NCBI GenBank assembly: GCA_951406725.2
Contig: OX597834.1
Span: 19,964,001 to 20,028,000, forward strand
From: Octopus vulgaris
Taxonomy: Eukaryota
Reading direction: 5' to 3'
DNA: 64,000 nt
Both the position numbers and the translations under genes were made by a program. This document shows, in pieces, positions 28,624 to 43,522 of the stretch. A model generated the notes under the pieces. That model worked only from the letters and a program-made list of their open reading frames with translations. It did not search any database and was not told the DNA's origin. Every line of letters begins with the position of its first letter. Within the stretch, counting starts at the first letter, position 1.

Positions 28624-28780
28624 TACAACAGGCTTCTTTTCCATTTCCATCTACCAAATCCACTCACAAGGCTTTGGTCGGCCCGAGGCTATAGTAGAAG
28701 ACACTTACCCAAGGTGCCACGCAGTGGGACTGAACCCAGAACCATGTGGTTGGTAAACAAGCTACTTACCACACAGTCAC
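28365..28780 (-). mobile_element. Same CORE-type SINE family, near full length
   Basis: Reverse-complement homology to 52882-53300. Confidence 0.88.
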
Positions 28781-29021
28781 ATGGGTAAATTGTCCCCATT
28801 TTATATTCTTAATTTCACACGTGTGCATTGTGTTTTTGATTTTGTCAACTTCACATCAATGAAATCTTGAGGCTATGAGATAATGCTGGATTACTTCAAG
28901 ACAATACGGATAATCTGACAGAGTAATCTGAATGCTAGAGGGATAAACTGAAGCCACTCTGGAAAATAATCCACTTTTACCATCATCATTCCAAACCTTT
29001 AACATGGATATGTGTAACTCT

Positions 29022-29248
29022 TCAACCCTTTAGCATTTAAACTGACCATAGCTGACCCGAATATTCTACATGTTATGTGTTCAAACTGGTCAGTTCTGGC
29101 CTCTCACGCATGCCGTACATAGTCATTCTAGAAATACACCATCACCTCATCAAAATCTTGAAGCTTAAAGATTAAGACAAGATTAATTCGAAATGATGTG
29201 GGTAAAAAATATTACCTTTTACAGAATAACCTGAATGTTAAATAGTTA
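29022..29248. mobile_element. Decayed piggyBac-type MITE (partial related copy ends ~28946)
   Basis: Termini aaccctttagcattt ... ctgaatgttaaatagtta. Confidence 0.55.
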
Positions 29249-30612
29249 TCGTCTTCTGAGCTTCTGTCATCTTCCCTAAACTGAAAAGCAAAAATGAGAT
29301 AAAGTGTGGCTTGAATACCTCCCCAGGAGGTCATGAGTCAAACCATTTAACCAATGCCTTGAACATGGTGAATCACTTTTGATGAAGAATTTGTTCGTTG
29401 TTGTAAATATGTTGGCTGGAACTGTTGATCTTTAGAATAATGACCTGGTCTTTGAAAACCTGAACAAATGGGAGACTAGAGTTGTAGGTTTGTAGATGTA
29501 TGTTCATGTGGTTGCAGTGTGTATAGTATGGCGGATAAAGACCAGTGTATACGCTTGTTAAAAGTTAGTTGTTGATGTGTATATATGTATGTGTGTGCAC
29601 ACAAACATATAAACACACACACACACACAAGTATGTATATATAAGCATATAAACACATGCACAAACACATGTTAATATATGTGATATATATATAGAGAGA
29701 GATAGATAGATAGATAGATGGATAGTAAATATATACATGCATACATATCCATATATATACATCATATATATTCACAAATAAAATATGTATATATAACAAA
29801 TATAAAATGCCCACACACATATATATCTATATAAACACATTTATACCCATAGATATGTTTATAAATATATGATATACATATACAGAAAAGATATATATAT
29901 TCACACACACACACACACACACATATATACATAAACATTACATTTATATTCATACATGAAATATTATATACACATACACAAAACACACACATGCACATAT
30001 ATGCAAGCATTGTCTGTAACAACAGCTTATAAACAATCCGTTTCGCTTGCAATCAACATCGAACTCAATTCTTAATCTAGATATCATCATCTCTCCAACT
30101 CTTTTTCAGTCCATCTCTTCCTCTTGCCTTTTCTCACTCTCCGTCAATTTCTCCCTCCTTCCCTCTCTCTTTCTCTGATCACTTTCTTTCTCCCTGAACC
30201 CATTTTAGTCAGTCTGTATTTTCCAAGTCTCATCTATAACCTTCATCACCCCACCTTTTATCCATTTTCTTTCCTACAACGTATTAATGGATCTTCCGCC
30301 AAGAAGGACCATGTTTCAAAACATAACAACAATATCTTGTTAAGTTGGCGTGTTTTCTTTGTTGTGTTGTAGTATATTATGGTATGTCACATTCAATTTC
30401 ATACTGTAACCTGCCAACTATTGAATATTGTAACATCATGAGTTGTTGTTTGTGAACTGTGTGTTGTGTACATCTATACACACATATTCATACCTATATA
30501 TATATATATATATATACATATACACACGTATACCTATACATGGCTATGTATATGTGAATATATAAATGTATGTATGTATGTACGTATATATATTTATATA
30601 TATATATATATA

Positions 30613-30823
30613 TTACGGAGATGTACTTGCATAGCAAGTGATTTGATCTGGGATTGTGTGCTGAAACGAAAACATTTGCAGCATGGAAGGTGTTTGTAAG
30701 CCATTTAAGAAACACACAAAAGCCGTTTGATTCACTTCAACATTTAAGTTTAATTTGTCAAAATATTTTCGTCGCTTTAAGACCGCAACCTGTTCACTGA
30801 CAAAAATCCATGCTGCATCCGTG

Positions 30824-30826
<3 letters not shown>
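30613..30826 (-). mobile_element. ~215-bp (TA)n-embedded element carrying the variant hammerhead (copy A)
   Basis: Closely matches the reverse complement of 58285-58498 along its length and is flanked by (TA)n. Confidence 0.75.
30754..30804 (-). ncRNA. Second copy of the G3-C8 hammerhead-like fold
   Basis: The reverse complement reads UUUGUCA-GUGAACA-G-GUUGC(ggucuuaaa)GCGAC-GAAA-AUAU-UU-UGACAAA. Confidence 0.62.
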
Positions 30827-30861
<35 letters not shown>

Positions 30862-30931
30862 TATGCATACCTATACATGGCTATGTATATGTGTATATAT
30901 AAATGTATATATGTATGTATATGTATGTATG

Positions 30932-30975
<44 letters not shown>

Positions 30976-31697
30976 GCACATACAAAAATGTACACATAGG
31001 CATTTGAATATATATGCATATGTATATATGAGATTGAGCATATATATATATGTGTGTGTGTATGAAAATATCTGCTTCCGTATGAATGTATGTGTGTGTG
31101 TGTACGCATGCATGTGTGTATGTTTTGTCTAATGGACATTTAATATTTGTACCTGATCAATAAAATCTAGTTTTTCAAAACCAAAATTATTCAAAGCTGT
31201 ATGAGAGCCCATTAGCATAGTACATTCCTCCAATGTTTTTCTCTTATATTCAACAATTTATTGGTGAATACAATGTGATCTACCATTTACTAAAAGTCTC
31301 AGAATCAAAACCTATCCTCGTCATCTTCAGTTCTTCATTCTTACCATTGTTAATGCCTTTGTATAAGTTCCATACAGATGTTTACCATATTGTTATATTC
31401 ATGTTCTACAAATTGATATAAAGCTTTATTGAGCAAAGTCTTTTACCACAATTCTTTATTCCTTCGTTGCCAAATATTGTAGGGCGGGCGTTAGTTTCGG
31501 AAGAGTTCTATTACGTTGAAACATACAATTGTACTGCTAATTATTTCAATATTTCTAATTATAATTCTGTTTTTAATTTTAATTTTCTTTCTTTTTTTTT
31601 TTTTTTTGATTTATTGTCTTTTTGTATTTTCTAAATCTTGAAAGAGAGATGTTGCTAGATCTGTGTTCACAATCAGCAGTTTGTATGTGTGTATGAG

Positions 31698-31737
<40 letters not shown>

Positions 31738-32236
31738 GTGTGTGAACATACATATTTTCATATATGTAGATGATATCTCATGGAAACATTTACCTCCTCT
31801 CTTTAAAGTAAAATTTGTTTCATTTAAACATAGATATATAAAAATTTGGGCATTTTCAAACTTCATTTATTTTTCCTCTCTATACATACATTGATACATA
31901 TGTGTGTATGTAAATATATGTGTGTATGTAAATATATGTGTGTATGTGTTTGCAAATATATATGTGTGTGTGTATGTAAATATATGTTTGTATGTGTGTG
32001 TTATCTGTTTTTAGCCTATTTCAGTCATTTGACTGTGGCCATGCTGGGGCACTGCCTTGAAGAATTTTAGTCAAATGAAATAACCTCCTGTACTTATTTG
32101 AAGCCTGGTAATTATTGTATCATTCTCTTTTGCTGAACTGCTAAGCTATAGGGACATAAACACACCAAAACTAGTTGCCAAGCAGTAGTGTGGTGGACAA
32201 ACATAGATGCAAAGAAAAACACACACACGCATACAT

Positions 32237-32273
<37 letters not shown>

Positions 32274-32511
32274 AATTCCTTGATATACGAGTTAATTCAT
32301 TCCCGGAGACTGCTGGTAAAGCAAAAACTCGTAAAGCAGAGCAATAATTTCCCATGGTAGCAATGTTGTAAATCATAATTCATTCCCAGAAAAATATTTT
32401 ACCCATAAAATTTATAATATTCATAAATAAATGACAATAAAACAACAGTAGAATGTAAAGAATATTTTATGTAAAAAAGAAAGTCAAGATCATTTATAAT
32501 AAAAAATATTC

Positions 32512-32708
32512 TTTTCTACTCTAGGCACAAGGCCCAAAATTTTTAAGGAGAGGGCCAGTTGATTAGATCGACCCTAGTACACAACTGGTACTTAATTTAT
32601 CGAACCCAAAAGAATGAAAGGCGAAGTCGACCCAGAACGTAAAAACAGATGAAATACTGTTAAGCATTTCACCTGGCGTGCTAACATTTCTGCCAGCTCG
32701 CTGCCTTA
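32512..32708 (-). mobile_element. Nin/Deu-type SINE
   Basis: Homology to 56358-56587 and 21875-22080. Confidence 0.8.
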
Positions 32709-32926
32709 TAATAAAAAATATTATTATTATAGTCATTTTGTGAATCACTTCCAATCACATTCAGATTCACACACACCATCACATTCCTTTCTAGAACTTG
32801 TCAAATAATAAGGAAGAAATAAAAGGATTTTTTCCCAAAATTCTGACGACTTTTTTCTAAATATATACACACACAGACACACACGCACAAACACACAGAC
32901 ATACATACACACAAATACACATACAT

Positions 32927-33097
32927 CAGTGCTCTGCAATCTTTTTCCACTTGTGGTACACATATTATTTTCAAAATTTGGTGGCATACCTTAACTAAAA
33001 GTATAAGAAAAAAATTACACTCAGATTGCTCTGTGGCACACCTAACATAGTCTTGTGACACAACAGTGTGCTGTGGCACACAGGTTGCACAGCACTG
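32927..33097. mobile_element. Small hAT-like MITE
   Basis: TIRs cagtgctctgcaatc / ggttgcacagcactg, with internal gtggcaca repeats; the TSD is not clean. Confidence 0.6.
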
Positions 33098-33672
33098 GTG
33101 TACATCACATGAACGTATGTTAATATTCATTTTTGTAACTATATATTTGTCCTGTCTACATCAGTGTCATTATGGTATGTCTTCTGCTTTAAAGAGATAA
33201 AGTAGTGATAATATCTTTCGGTTAATGTGAGTGTGTGGGCAGTTAAAAATATCATTCTCATCTAAACTTGGATAAAAGTGCATATCTATAACGTATTCTG
33301 GTGGAGCTAAAAAGACTATATATAAAAAACACATGCTTATTACGTATGCATATTCATGTAGAGATGTACACAGCATTCTTATATACATTTAGAGGTGTTT
33401 GATGTATGGTGTATAACGTTTGTGTGGGTGGTGATTATTGTGGTGACTATCTCTCTTTTTGATTTTGAACTTCAAATAAAATTTGAACTGAGATATGAAT
33501 CAGAGAATGTTGTTTCCTTAAAATCAAATGATGTACTTTAACAGAGTCTACCTATCTGTCTCTCTGTCTGTCTACCTGTCTGTCTGTATGTCTGTCTGTT
33601 TATCTGTCTATCTTTCTGTCTGTCTATCTAGCTATCTATCTATCTATCTATCCATCTATATGTCTATATATG

Positions 33673-33727
<55 letters not shown>

Positions 33728-33754
33728 ATATCTTTTTGATGTATGTATGTATTT

Positions 33755-34078
33755 ATGCCAGGTCACTTTCGAGTGCTACTGGTAACATGTAACCCAGTAC
33801 AACCTGTTGCATGGTCGGGTCGTCAGCAACTAAACTAGCAACCCCACCAAGCTTGCTTGGTGAGAAGGGTGTTTATTGTACACCTTGTGGGATGAAAAAC
33901 AAAATCCGTCAAAGGGTGGAGGAACTCTTGAGAGTCAACAGCCAGCCAATAAATGTCTTAAGGTTGTATCATGCGTGGGGACATAGAAATAATCGGACTG
34001 AATACCCAATTGCGCGGTTAAACCATTAGGAGTGAAGGACTCCTAGCCTTTGTTAGGGCATCCTTCTAGGAGAAGGTA
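33755..34078 (+). mobile_element. Probable RTE-type LINE 5' UTR fragment joined to a SINE 3' half
   Basis: Complex GC-richer segment ending in agggcatccttctaggagaaggt, resembling RTE leaders, with the internal hairpin caccaagc-tt-gcttggtg. The family assignment is from memory only. Confidence 0.4.
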
Positions 34079-34382
34079 GATGGAAACTGAAAGAAGCTTG
34101 TCGTATATATGTATATATATATATATATATGGATATATTTGTGTGTTTGGATATATTTGTGTGTTTGTGTCTGTGTTTGTCCCTCCAACATCTCTTGACA
34201 ATTGGTCTTGGTGTCTTTACATCCCTATAACTTAGTGCTTCTGCAATAGAGACCAACAGAATAAGTACCAGGCTTACAAAGAATAAGTCCAGGTGTTGGT
34301 TTCTTCAACTGAAAGGTGGTGCTCCAGCATGGCCACAGTCAAGATGACTGACACAAGTAAAAGAATAAAAGAGTATATATAT

Positions 34383-34759
34383 ATATTTTCCTAGTTAAGG
34401 CCAGTTTATGGGGTTTAACTTTATGGCATATCGTCAGACCCCAAGACCTGCTGGCCTATGATCTCTCTTCTAAAAACAATCCCTTTCAGTCCCAGGGCAG
34501 AGTTTTTCACAGAGACCATGTGGTTTCTTCCAAATAGCTGACCAGCGCAGCGCTTCTACATAATTTTACAGAGGCCACAGGTCCCTCATACATATGGAAC
34601 GATTCAATCTTGGATAATCCACCAAAAGAAAAAAGATAATTTAAAGAGGTCATAAGCCAACGGATCATGGGGTCTGACAATATGCCATAAAGTAAAACCC
34701 TTTATGGATGGGAAACCCTGGGTAACCCCATAATCTGGCCTTCAGCTGGAAAAAATATA
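34383..34759. mobile_element. MITE with long (~85 bp) imperfect TIRs
   Basis: aaggccagtttatggggtttaactttatggcatatcgtcagacccca...tatgatctct pairs with agaggtcataa...tggggtctgacaatatgccataaagt...ccccataatctggcctt; the right TIR has a ~28-bp insertion. Confidence 0.78.
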
Positions 34760-35119
34760 GTCTGCTCTGCTTCTTAGAGTGTGCTTCTTCTCTGGGTTTA
34801 TGTTTCTGTGTGTGTGTATCCATCTGTGTGTGTGTGTGTGTCTATCCATCTGTGTGTGTGTGGGAGTCTATCTGTCTATCTATCTATCAATCTGTCTGAC
34901 TCTTTATCTCTCTGTTCCGTTCTGTCAGTGTCTATCTCGGTATCTTAGTTACTCTACATTACTTACACCTTTCATACTCACCTGTAAAATATAGTTAAAT
35001 TACCTGTCAAACTTAAAATCAGCATTCATCATCCTCGTCATCCTCATCTTTATCATCCTCATCCTCATCATCATCCCTACCACTCTATAATCTACCTTAA
35101 TCGCAAATACAAGAAATCA

Positions 35120-35882
35120 TTCTTCTGTCTTTTCATTCTGAATTCAAATTCCACCAAAGTCGACTTTGTCTTTTATCCTTTTCAGGTCGATAAAGTGAGT
35201 ACCAGTGGCACCCTGGAGTTGATGTAATTGACTAGTCCCCTCTCCCAAAATTTTAAGACCTTTTGCCTTCAGGAGAAAGGATTATTATCATTGTTATTAT
35301 TATTATTATTATTATTATTGAAGGTGGAAAGCTGGCAGAGTCGTTACCATGCTGGGTGAAGTGCTTCGCAGTATATTATCTGTCACTACATTCTGAGTTC
35401 AAATTCTGCTGAGGTCGACTTCGCCTTTCATCCTTTTGGGGTTGATAAATTAAATACCAGTGAAAAACTGGGGTTGATATAATTGACTAGTTCCCTGTCA
35501 CAAACTTTCAGCCCTTGAGTCTTTGGGAGAAAAGATTATAATAATAATAATAATAATGATAATAATAATAATAATTATTATTATTATTATCATCATTATT
35601 ATTATTATAATTATTATTATTATTATTATTATCATCATTATTATTATTATTATTAAGGAAGTGAGCTAGCAGAATCGTCATCACACTGATGAAATGTTTA
35701 GTGGTATTTCATTCGTCACTACATTCTAGATTCAAATTCCACCGAGGTTGACTTTGCCTTTCATCCTTTCAGGGTCGATAAATTAAGCAGTAGTGAAACT
35801 CTGGGGGAGGGGGGGTCAATATAATTGGCTAGTCCCCTACCCCAAGATCTATGTATTTGTGCCCACAGCAGAAAGGATTATT
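35120..35882 (+). mobile_element. Three tandemly arranged Nin/Deu-type SINE copies, each ending in (ATT)n
   Basis: Copies at ~35120-35285, 35321-35538 and 35656-35882 share gtcgactttgcctttcatcctt..gggtcgataaa and end in agaaaggattattatt. Confidence 0.82.
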
Positions 35883-35888
35883 ATTATT

Positions 35889-35932
<44 letters not shown>

Positions 35933-35946
35933 TATTATTATTATTA

Positions 35947-35989
<43 letters not shown>

Positions 35990-36540
35990 CACCTCTACTA
36001 ATAGCACTACCATTATCATCATTGTCGTCATCATTATTATTGTTGTTATTATTATCATTATTATTCTTTTCCCTGAACATCTGATGTCCACTTCAGGTCC
36101 TCTTTCATTTCCCTTTCTACCTCTCACATCCGTTTGCTGTAAGGCTATGAACCCATCATAAATCAATAAGCACAGAATATGCTGGCTTCATTAAAAATAG
36201 TCGGGCTAGCCTAGCGGGTATACAATTTAGAGGCAAACCAGTTCGTTACGGATCTCTGAACATGGATGCAACACCCACTCATCGAACCCCCCCTTCGCTT
36301 CCCTTCCACCTTCCACCGTGTTGCACCCTCCATTTGCTTGTATTTCAAATGTTAATGGGACAAACGAGGACAAAGATCTATAATGGTTTGAACTCATAAG
36401 AAAGACAGATAGGTTTGATTGAACATGTGGACGTTCACAAGGTACACGTGCGTACACACACACAAATAAATACATGCAAATATATGCAAATATATACATA
36501 TGTGTGTGTGTGTATGTGTGTATATATATATTTACATATG

Positions 36541-36572
<32 letters not shown>

Positions 36573-36649
36573 CATGTATACTTATATCATATATATATAT
36601 ATATGTATATATATCATATATATATATATATATATATATGTAAATATAT

Positions 36650-36705
<56 letters not shown>

Positions 36706-37100
36706 GTAAATATATATATATGTATATATATATATACATATGTATACACATACATGTATATATACATATATATGTAGGTATGTACATATATGTATGTATA
36801 TACGCATATATTTATATATTATTCATATTATTACACACACACATATATATATGTACATACACACATGCATATATATACACACACACACGCTCATACACAC
36901 GCCCACACACATATATGCACACACAAAAATATTGCTAATATTGCTAGATATATGTGTGTGTGTGTATTCATTTATATATGTACATCTCTTAGGCTTACTT
37001 CCTTTTGCTCACCCCCCCCCCATGTAACATCAAGTGATGAGAGATTGCTTGGTGATGTATCACTTCTGTAGCAACAATGTGAATACTATTGGCAAGGAAG

Positions 37101-37138
<38 letters not shown>

Positions 37139-37174
37139 CTTTCTCTCACACTTTCTCTCATTATAAATATATTT

Positions 37175-37398
37175 ACAAGCAGATGCTGAAAAGTTCCTGG
37201 CTTTAAGGCTATCAAGAAAGACATGGTTGGAAGCCTAACATTCTGAGATGTTTTACAGGTCTTAGAAAAACTGAAGGACTTCTGCAATAAGAGAATAAAT
37301 CTGAGAAAGCAAATATATTGAGTAATATCATAATCAACTGATCGTCCTGCGTTTTCTTTTACCAAAAGCCAGGAAGGTTTCAGCACCACCTCCTTTAT
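37175..37398 (+). mobile_element. Non-autonomous mariner derivative
   Basis: TIRs tgctgaaaagttcctggcttt / aaagccaggaaggtttcagca. The internal remnant LEKLKDFCNKRINLR..YIE* resembles the mariner transposase C-terminus (W.KC....G.Y.E). Confidence 0.72.
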
Positions 37399-37614
37399 AT
37401 AAATATATATGTATGAATATATGAATGTATGTATATACATATGTATATGTGGATGTATATACAAGTGTGTATTTTTCACCAAAATCCAATTTCAGAGTTT
37501 CTCTCTTGGGATCTACCACATTGTAGTTTGTTCTGACACAACATCCACAATTAAGTGGAGATATATATTAATTCTGCCTCTGTTGCTAACATATATATGT
37601 TGCTAACACACACA

Positions 37615-37695
<81 letters not shown>

Positions 37696-37871
37696 GTAGA
37701 AACATTGCCAGATAAGACCGGAGCCTGGTGCAGCCTTCTGGCTTCCCAGATCCCCAGTCGAACCGTCCAACCCATGCTAGCATGGAGAACGGATGTTAAA
37801 CGATGATGATGATGATGATGATGGGCTTCTTTCAGTTTCCATCCACCAAATCTACCAAATATATATATATA

Positions 37872-38270
37872 GGAACAGGTGTGGCTGTGTGGTAAGAAGC
37901 TTGCTTCCCAACTACATAGTTCAAGGTTCAGTCCCACTGCATAGCACCTTGGGTAAGTGTCTTGTCTATAGTCTCAGGCCAACCAAAGCCTTGTGAGAGG
38001 ACTTGGTAGATGGAAACTGAAAGAAGCCAATTGTATATATATATATATGTATGTGTGCGTATGTGTGTGTGTGAGTCCCCCATCACTGCCTGACAACCGG
38101 TCTTGGTTTGTTTACATCCCCATAACTTAGCGATTCAGCAAAAGATACTGATAGAATAAGCACTAGTTTTTAAAAAAAAAAAATTCCTGGGATCGATATG
38201 TTCATCAAAAACCCATTCACAGCAGTGCCCCAGCATGGCCACAGCCTAATGACTGAATCAAGTAAAAGAT
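37872..38270 (+). mobile_element. CORE-type SINE copy
   Basis: Homology to 52882-53300. Confidence 0.82.
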
Positions 38271-38710
38271 TGAAGATGTGTGTGTGTGTACATAATGCAT
38301 ATTCATACATTTTCAAAACCACAATCATCACTACCATCATCATCCATCATCCATCATCATGTCCCCACCATCATCATCATCATCACCCTCATCATCACGA
38401 TCATTATCATCATCACAGTCATCATCCCCACCGCTTTACGTCTCTTTTTCTATGCCAGCATGGGTTAGACATGTTTTCACAGACCAACACATTTCTTATT
38501 TGGACTCCCTGCTATTTTCATCCCATGTTCCACTTCGACATATTATTTCTCTCCCTAACCCCAGATGCCCTTAAAAACCACACTGGAAACCATAAAAATA
38601 AAACTGATTAAATATATAATATGTTACAATTTCAAGTTTTCTTTTGCCATCCTCCATCTTTTTTATTGGTATTTGTTATTATTTAAAAAAATAATATAAT
38701 GAAACATTTA

Positions 38711-38743
<33 letters not shown>

Positions 38744-39519
38744 AGCTATACCTTGTCTTATTTGATTTATCTACATTTTTCAGTTAAATATAGATTTTGC
38801 ACAAGTTTTCCCCTTTGATCTTGTCTTATTAAACGCTTTGATCTGTCTTCTTCCACCGCATCAAAAGATATTCTTTGTGCATCCCCCCTCTCCCTCCTCC
38901 CTTTCCTATCCCTCCTTTCCCCCTCTCCCTATTGGTGTTTTCCCCCTCTTTCTTCTTCATCGACTTATTTCTTCGTCCCTTTCCGTCTTCCTCCTCTTCG
39001 AGTCCCACCTTCCTCGCCCCGTCCTCCTTCTCATCGTCGGTATTACTCCCAAATAAACCCCACCCCCCATTATCATCATCACCTTGGTTGTCATCATCAT
39101 CATCATCATCAACATCGTCCCCACCACGACCAGTCATCTCATCAATATCATCGTCATCATCATCGTCACCATCATCATCATTGTCATCATCATCGCCACG
39201 AACACCACCACCACATTCATCATAATCATCATCTGTCTCTACCACCACCACCACCGTCATGGTAATCATCATCATCTTCATCACCCCTATTGTCATCTCC
39301 ATCATTATCACATGTGAAGGCATGTGGCTCAGTGGTTAGAGCATCTAGCTTACGAACGTGAGGTTGTGAGTTCGAATCCTGCACCACCACCACCATCATT
39401 ATTATTTGGGAATTATTGTTATCAAGTATTGGGGTCAATATGATCACCACAACTTCTAGGTCTTCTACCTATAGCAGAAAGGATTAGTATTGTTATTGTT
39501 GTTGTTATTATAAGCCCTG

Positions 39520-39591
39520 TGCTCAGTAGAATAGTGGCAAGTGATCCCACTTATTACACAGGGAACTAAAGTTCGATTCCTAGCTGGAGAG
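39520..39591 (+). pseudogene. tRNA-Asp(GTC)-derived pseudogene
   Basis: 72-nt tgctcagtagaatagtggcaagtgatcccacttattacacagggaactaaagttcgattcctagctggagag is colinear with the animal tRNA-Asp sequence (TAGTATAGTGG, GTTCGATTCC). The anticodon arm and stems are disrupted, mainly by transitions. Confidence 0.65.
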
Positions 39592-39718
39592 GCATATGTT
39601 GTGTTTTAGGATTCATAAGAGAGTTTGACAAAATGTCTTGCAGTAATTTCCTTTATAACTTATCTCTCTTCTTCTATAATTTATCTCTCTTATATATATA
39701 TATGTGTGTGTGAGTGAG

Positions 39719-39769
<51 letters not shown>

Positions 39770-39782
39770 GTACATACATATG

Positions 39783-39813
<31 letters not shown>

Positions 39814-39884
39814 CTACATACATATATAGATAGATAGATAGATAGATAGACATATACATACATACACAAGCAAACAAAAATACA

Positions 39885-39915
<31 letters not shown>

Positions 39916-41059
39916 CCATATATATTATTTTAGTATATATACACATATACAAGTTCATATATGTATGTATGTATGTATCATGTATGTATGTATCATGTAC
40001 GCATATATATAAATATAGAAATATATATATATTCAAATAAATTATTTTTGTATATATACATATATTATACATATACATATATGCATACATAGATATAAGT
40101 GTGTATAGGTTTCTAACACACACACATATGTCTATATATCATATCAAAGATTGCAAACAAGTTAACTTACAACTTGAGATAGATAATATCTTTAATGGAA
40201 CATCCCTGGATTACTTATTCATTTGTTTATTTATTTAATTTTCAATTTATTTATTTTATTTATTTTGAAATGCTTGAGAAAAATTCCTGCAGTCAGTTTT
40301 ATGTTTGGTTGTTGTGTTGGTGTCATAGCTACAGTTGTTGTTGTTGTTGTTTTATCACACACACACACACAAACAGAGTCCGGTAAATAGTAGTAAATGT
40401 TTGTACACAGATGAAATATTACTAAATTAAATTAGCTTCTCTTGTTGTTTATGGGCAACGAGAGACTAATTAGTGTTATTAGTAGCTGTCTATATTTGTG
40501 TGTGTGTGTGTGTGCGTGTGCGTGTATGTGTGTGCGTGTATGTGTGTGTGTAGAATGTGTTTGTATGTGTTGTGTGAATCTATATGTATATAAATATATA
40601 AATTGATAGATAGATACATACATACATACACACATGCACAAATACATATAAATATGTATGTACATACCTACACACACAAGCACTCACACACACACACACA
40701 CACACACATACACACATAAGTGTGTATATATATATAGAGAGAGAGAGATAATTGTATATAAGTTTCTTTCTGTTTATTAGTATACTTTAGAACTTTGCAT
40801 TGAAATAATTTTGCATAAACAAATTCTGGTTCTGTTGCTAAGTTGCTACACAGACCCAAATAACATTTTCAATCTAGTCTGGCCTTGATTTCTACAAATG
40901 ACTAAATTTGTAGACATATCAAACCTCTACATACACAGATTCAAATCCTTCTTTGCCTGGTTTGCTTTTGATAACATCTATCATTGGCAGTATTTTGATA
41001 TTGGGACATAACTCATAACAGTTTTTGATTTATGTACCAGGACAACAATTTTGAGGATA

Positions 41060-41362
41060 CTGGTACTTATTCTATCAATCACTTTTGCTGAATTGCTAAG
41101 TTATGGGGTTATAAACAAACTAACACCAATTGTCAAGCAGTGGTGGGTGACAAACATTGACACACAAACGTACATTGATGGATATATATGTTTATATGTA
41201 TGACAAGCTTCTTTCAATTTCCATCTTCTAAATCTACTCACAAAGATTTTCTCAGCCTGAAGCTAGAGTAGGAGATACTGGCCCGAGGTGCCATATAGTG
41301 GGATTGAACCTAAAACCATGTGGTTGGGAAGCAAGCTTCTTACCACACAGCCATGCCTGCTC
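41060..41362 (-). mobile_element. CORE-type SINE copy
   Basis: Reverse-complement homology to 52882-53300. Confidence 0.75.
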
Positions 41363-41860
41363 CTATGTATACAGCAGAATGCAAATGAATTTGGGTTTGA
41401 TACCTTTTAGATTAGAGAATTTAAAAAAATAGAATTGAATGATAAACTACATACCTGACTGTTAGGAACAAAAATTAGGGGTACCATTATATTCAAGATG
41501 GCATTGTATTGCAATAAATATGCTGGGGTTTTGTTTTTGGCAGGGATAATGGGGTTAGAAGCAAAATGCCATTTAGCAGACATTTTACCATTTTTATCAA
41601 CATTCCTGATTGAACATTGCTTAGATTGTTCCAGAAGGAAGCAGATGCAAATCTTTTATAGATTTTTCTTTATGCATTTAAATACCATCATCTTGGAATA
41701 TGCACTGTCCAAGAGCTAACACATCACACTCCAATCTTAGACATAAATCTGTGAGGAAAACCAATTAAGTGCTTTGTTATGTAACGGCTTGAATTTCATT
41801 CTGCTATTTTGGGTCTTGTACAATGCAGCAAAGGTGTGTTTATAGACATACATACATATA

Positions 41861-41915
<55 letters not shown>

Positions 41916-41976
41916 ATATATATGTATATATGTATATATATATGTATATATATGTGTGTGTGTGTGTATATATATG

Positions 41977-42104
<128 letters not shown>

Positions 42105-42289
42105 AATGATGCAGATAAACATGCTATCTGCAACGCTATCTCCATACCATCTCACCTGGATTCCTTTTATAGGCACTCTTTACCCAGTGGACCTAGTTCT
42201 CAATAATAACATCAGAGTTTAAGTTCAAACTGTTTAAGCCCTACTTCGTGTTTTCTATATAGCGCATCTCTAGATCTCACCTGTTGAAA

Positions 42290-42331
<42 letters not shown>

Positions 42332-42714
42332 GCATATATGGGTGCAGGACGTCACCAACGGCACAAATAACATGTAACGCATAAACAAACAAGGAGAAAA
42401 TGAGTGAAATACGTAAACAACGAGAAAAAATAGAAAACAACACAAGTGAACACAGTAAAAGGACCCTTCATCTGTTGTCAGCTGTCTATCTATTCTTCAT
42501 ATCTATCTATGTATAATAGAAAGAAAAGGCTTTATAGCATGGGGTTGGTCCAGGGGTTCTTATAGCTGATTAAAAGATGTAAGCCTTATTTCTGTTGTTT
42601 TCTTCTCTACACACGCACATAAGTAAGTACGCATGGGTGGATTCATAAAGGTGCATGAATATTTCTGTGTGTGCACTTGTGTATGTAAGTATACCTATCT
42701 AACAACCTATTTCT

Positions 42715-42747
<33 letters not shown>

Positions 42748-43522
42748 CTTATATATCATCATCATCATCATTGTTTAACGTCCACTTTCCATGCTAGCAA
42801 GGGTTGGATGGATTGACTGGGGACCGGTGAACCAGATGGCTGCACCAGGATCCATTCTGATCTGGCAGAGTTTCTACAGCTGGATGCCCTTCCTAACGCT
42901 AACCACTCTGAGGGTGTAGTGGGTGCACAGACCGGACACCTTGCCTGAATTCTTGCATATATACACAAATGGAACAAAAACGCAATAGAGTACAATAAAA
43001 CATTTGGACAAATAGATGATACAAGGTGGACAAGAGAAACAACAATTAGAAGAACAGGCAAAAAAAGACGGGTCATTCATCGCCTTCTTTCTTCAGTCAA
43101 GTCCCAGAAGTCACATAACTATATATATATATAGTTAATTAAGTATATTCAGTGAGAATACAGTATACGGAATTTCAAATAACTGCTCTTGGTACAGAAA
43201 TGTCTAAAACCTTAAAGGCATTTAGAGATTACCTAATAATAATTATCAATTTTGGATTTCATTTCGAAGAAATGATCATAAGAGTTCTCAAACCTTTTAA
43301 ATAATCATACTTCATATATTCATCTATTAACACAATAGTATTTATATCTTATGGACATATATCTTAGGTGATTCTTTCATATAATTCTTCCTGCTCTTAC
43401 TTTATAACATATATATATATATATTAGACACACACACATGCATACACACACATGCATACACACACAATGCTATAATGAGCCTCAGAATAAATCTACAGAT
43501 TAGAGCTAACACTATATGTGTA

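Noticed and set aside
33755-33900. HDV-like ribozyme at the start of the RTE-like leader
   Set aside because: I could not assign the nested double pseudoknot (P1, P1.1, P2, P3, P4) by eye; only a simple hairpin is evident.
38829-39323. Acidic 164-aa ORF on the minus strand
   Set aside because: Derived from (CAT)n and purine-rich low-complexity sequence.
40377-40382. Possible 6-nt microexon aaacag|AGTCCG|gtaaat (and an 8-nt one at 256-263)
   Set aside because: Only short splice-like signals are present, which arise often by chance; not supportable without reads.
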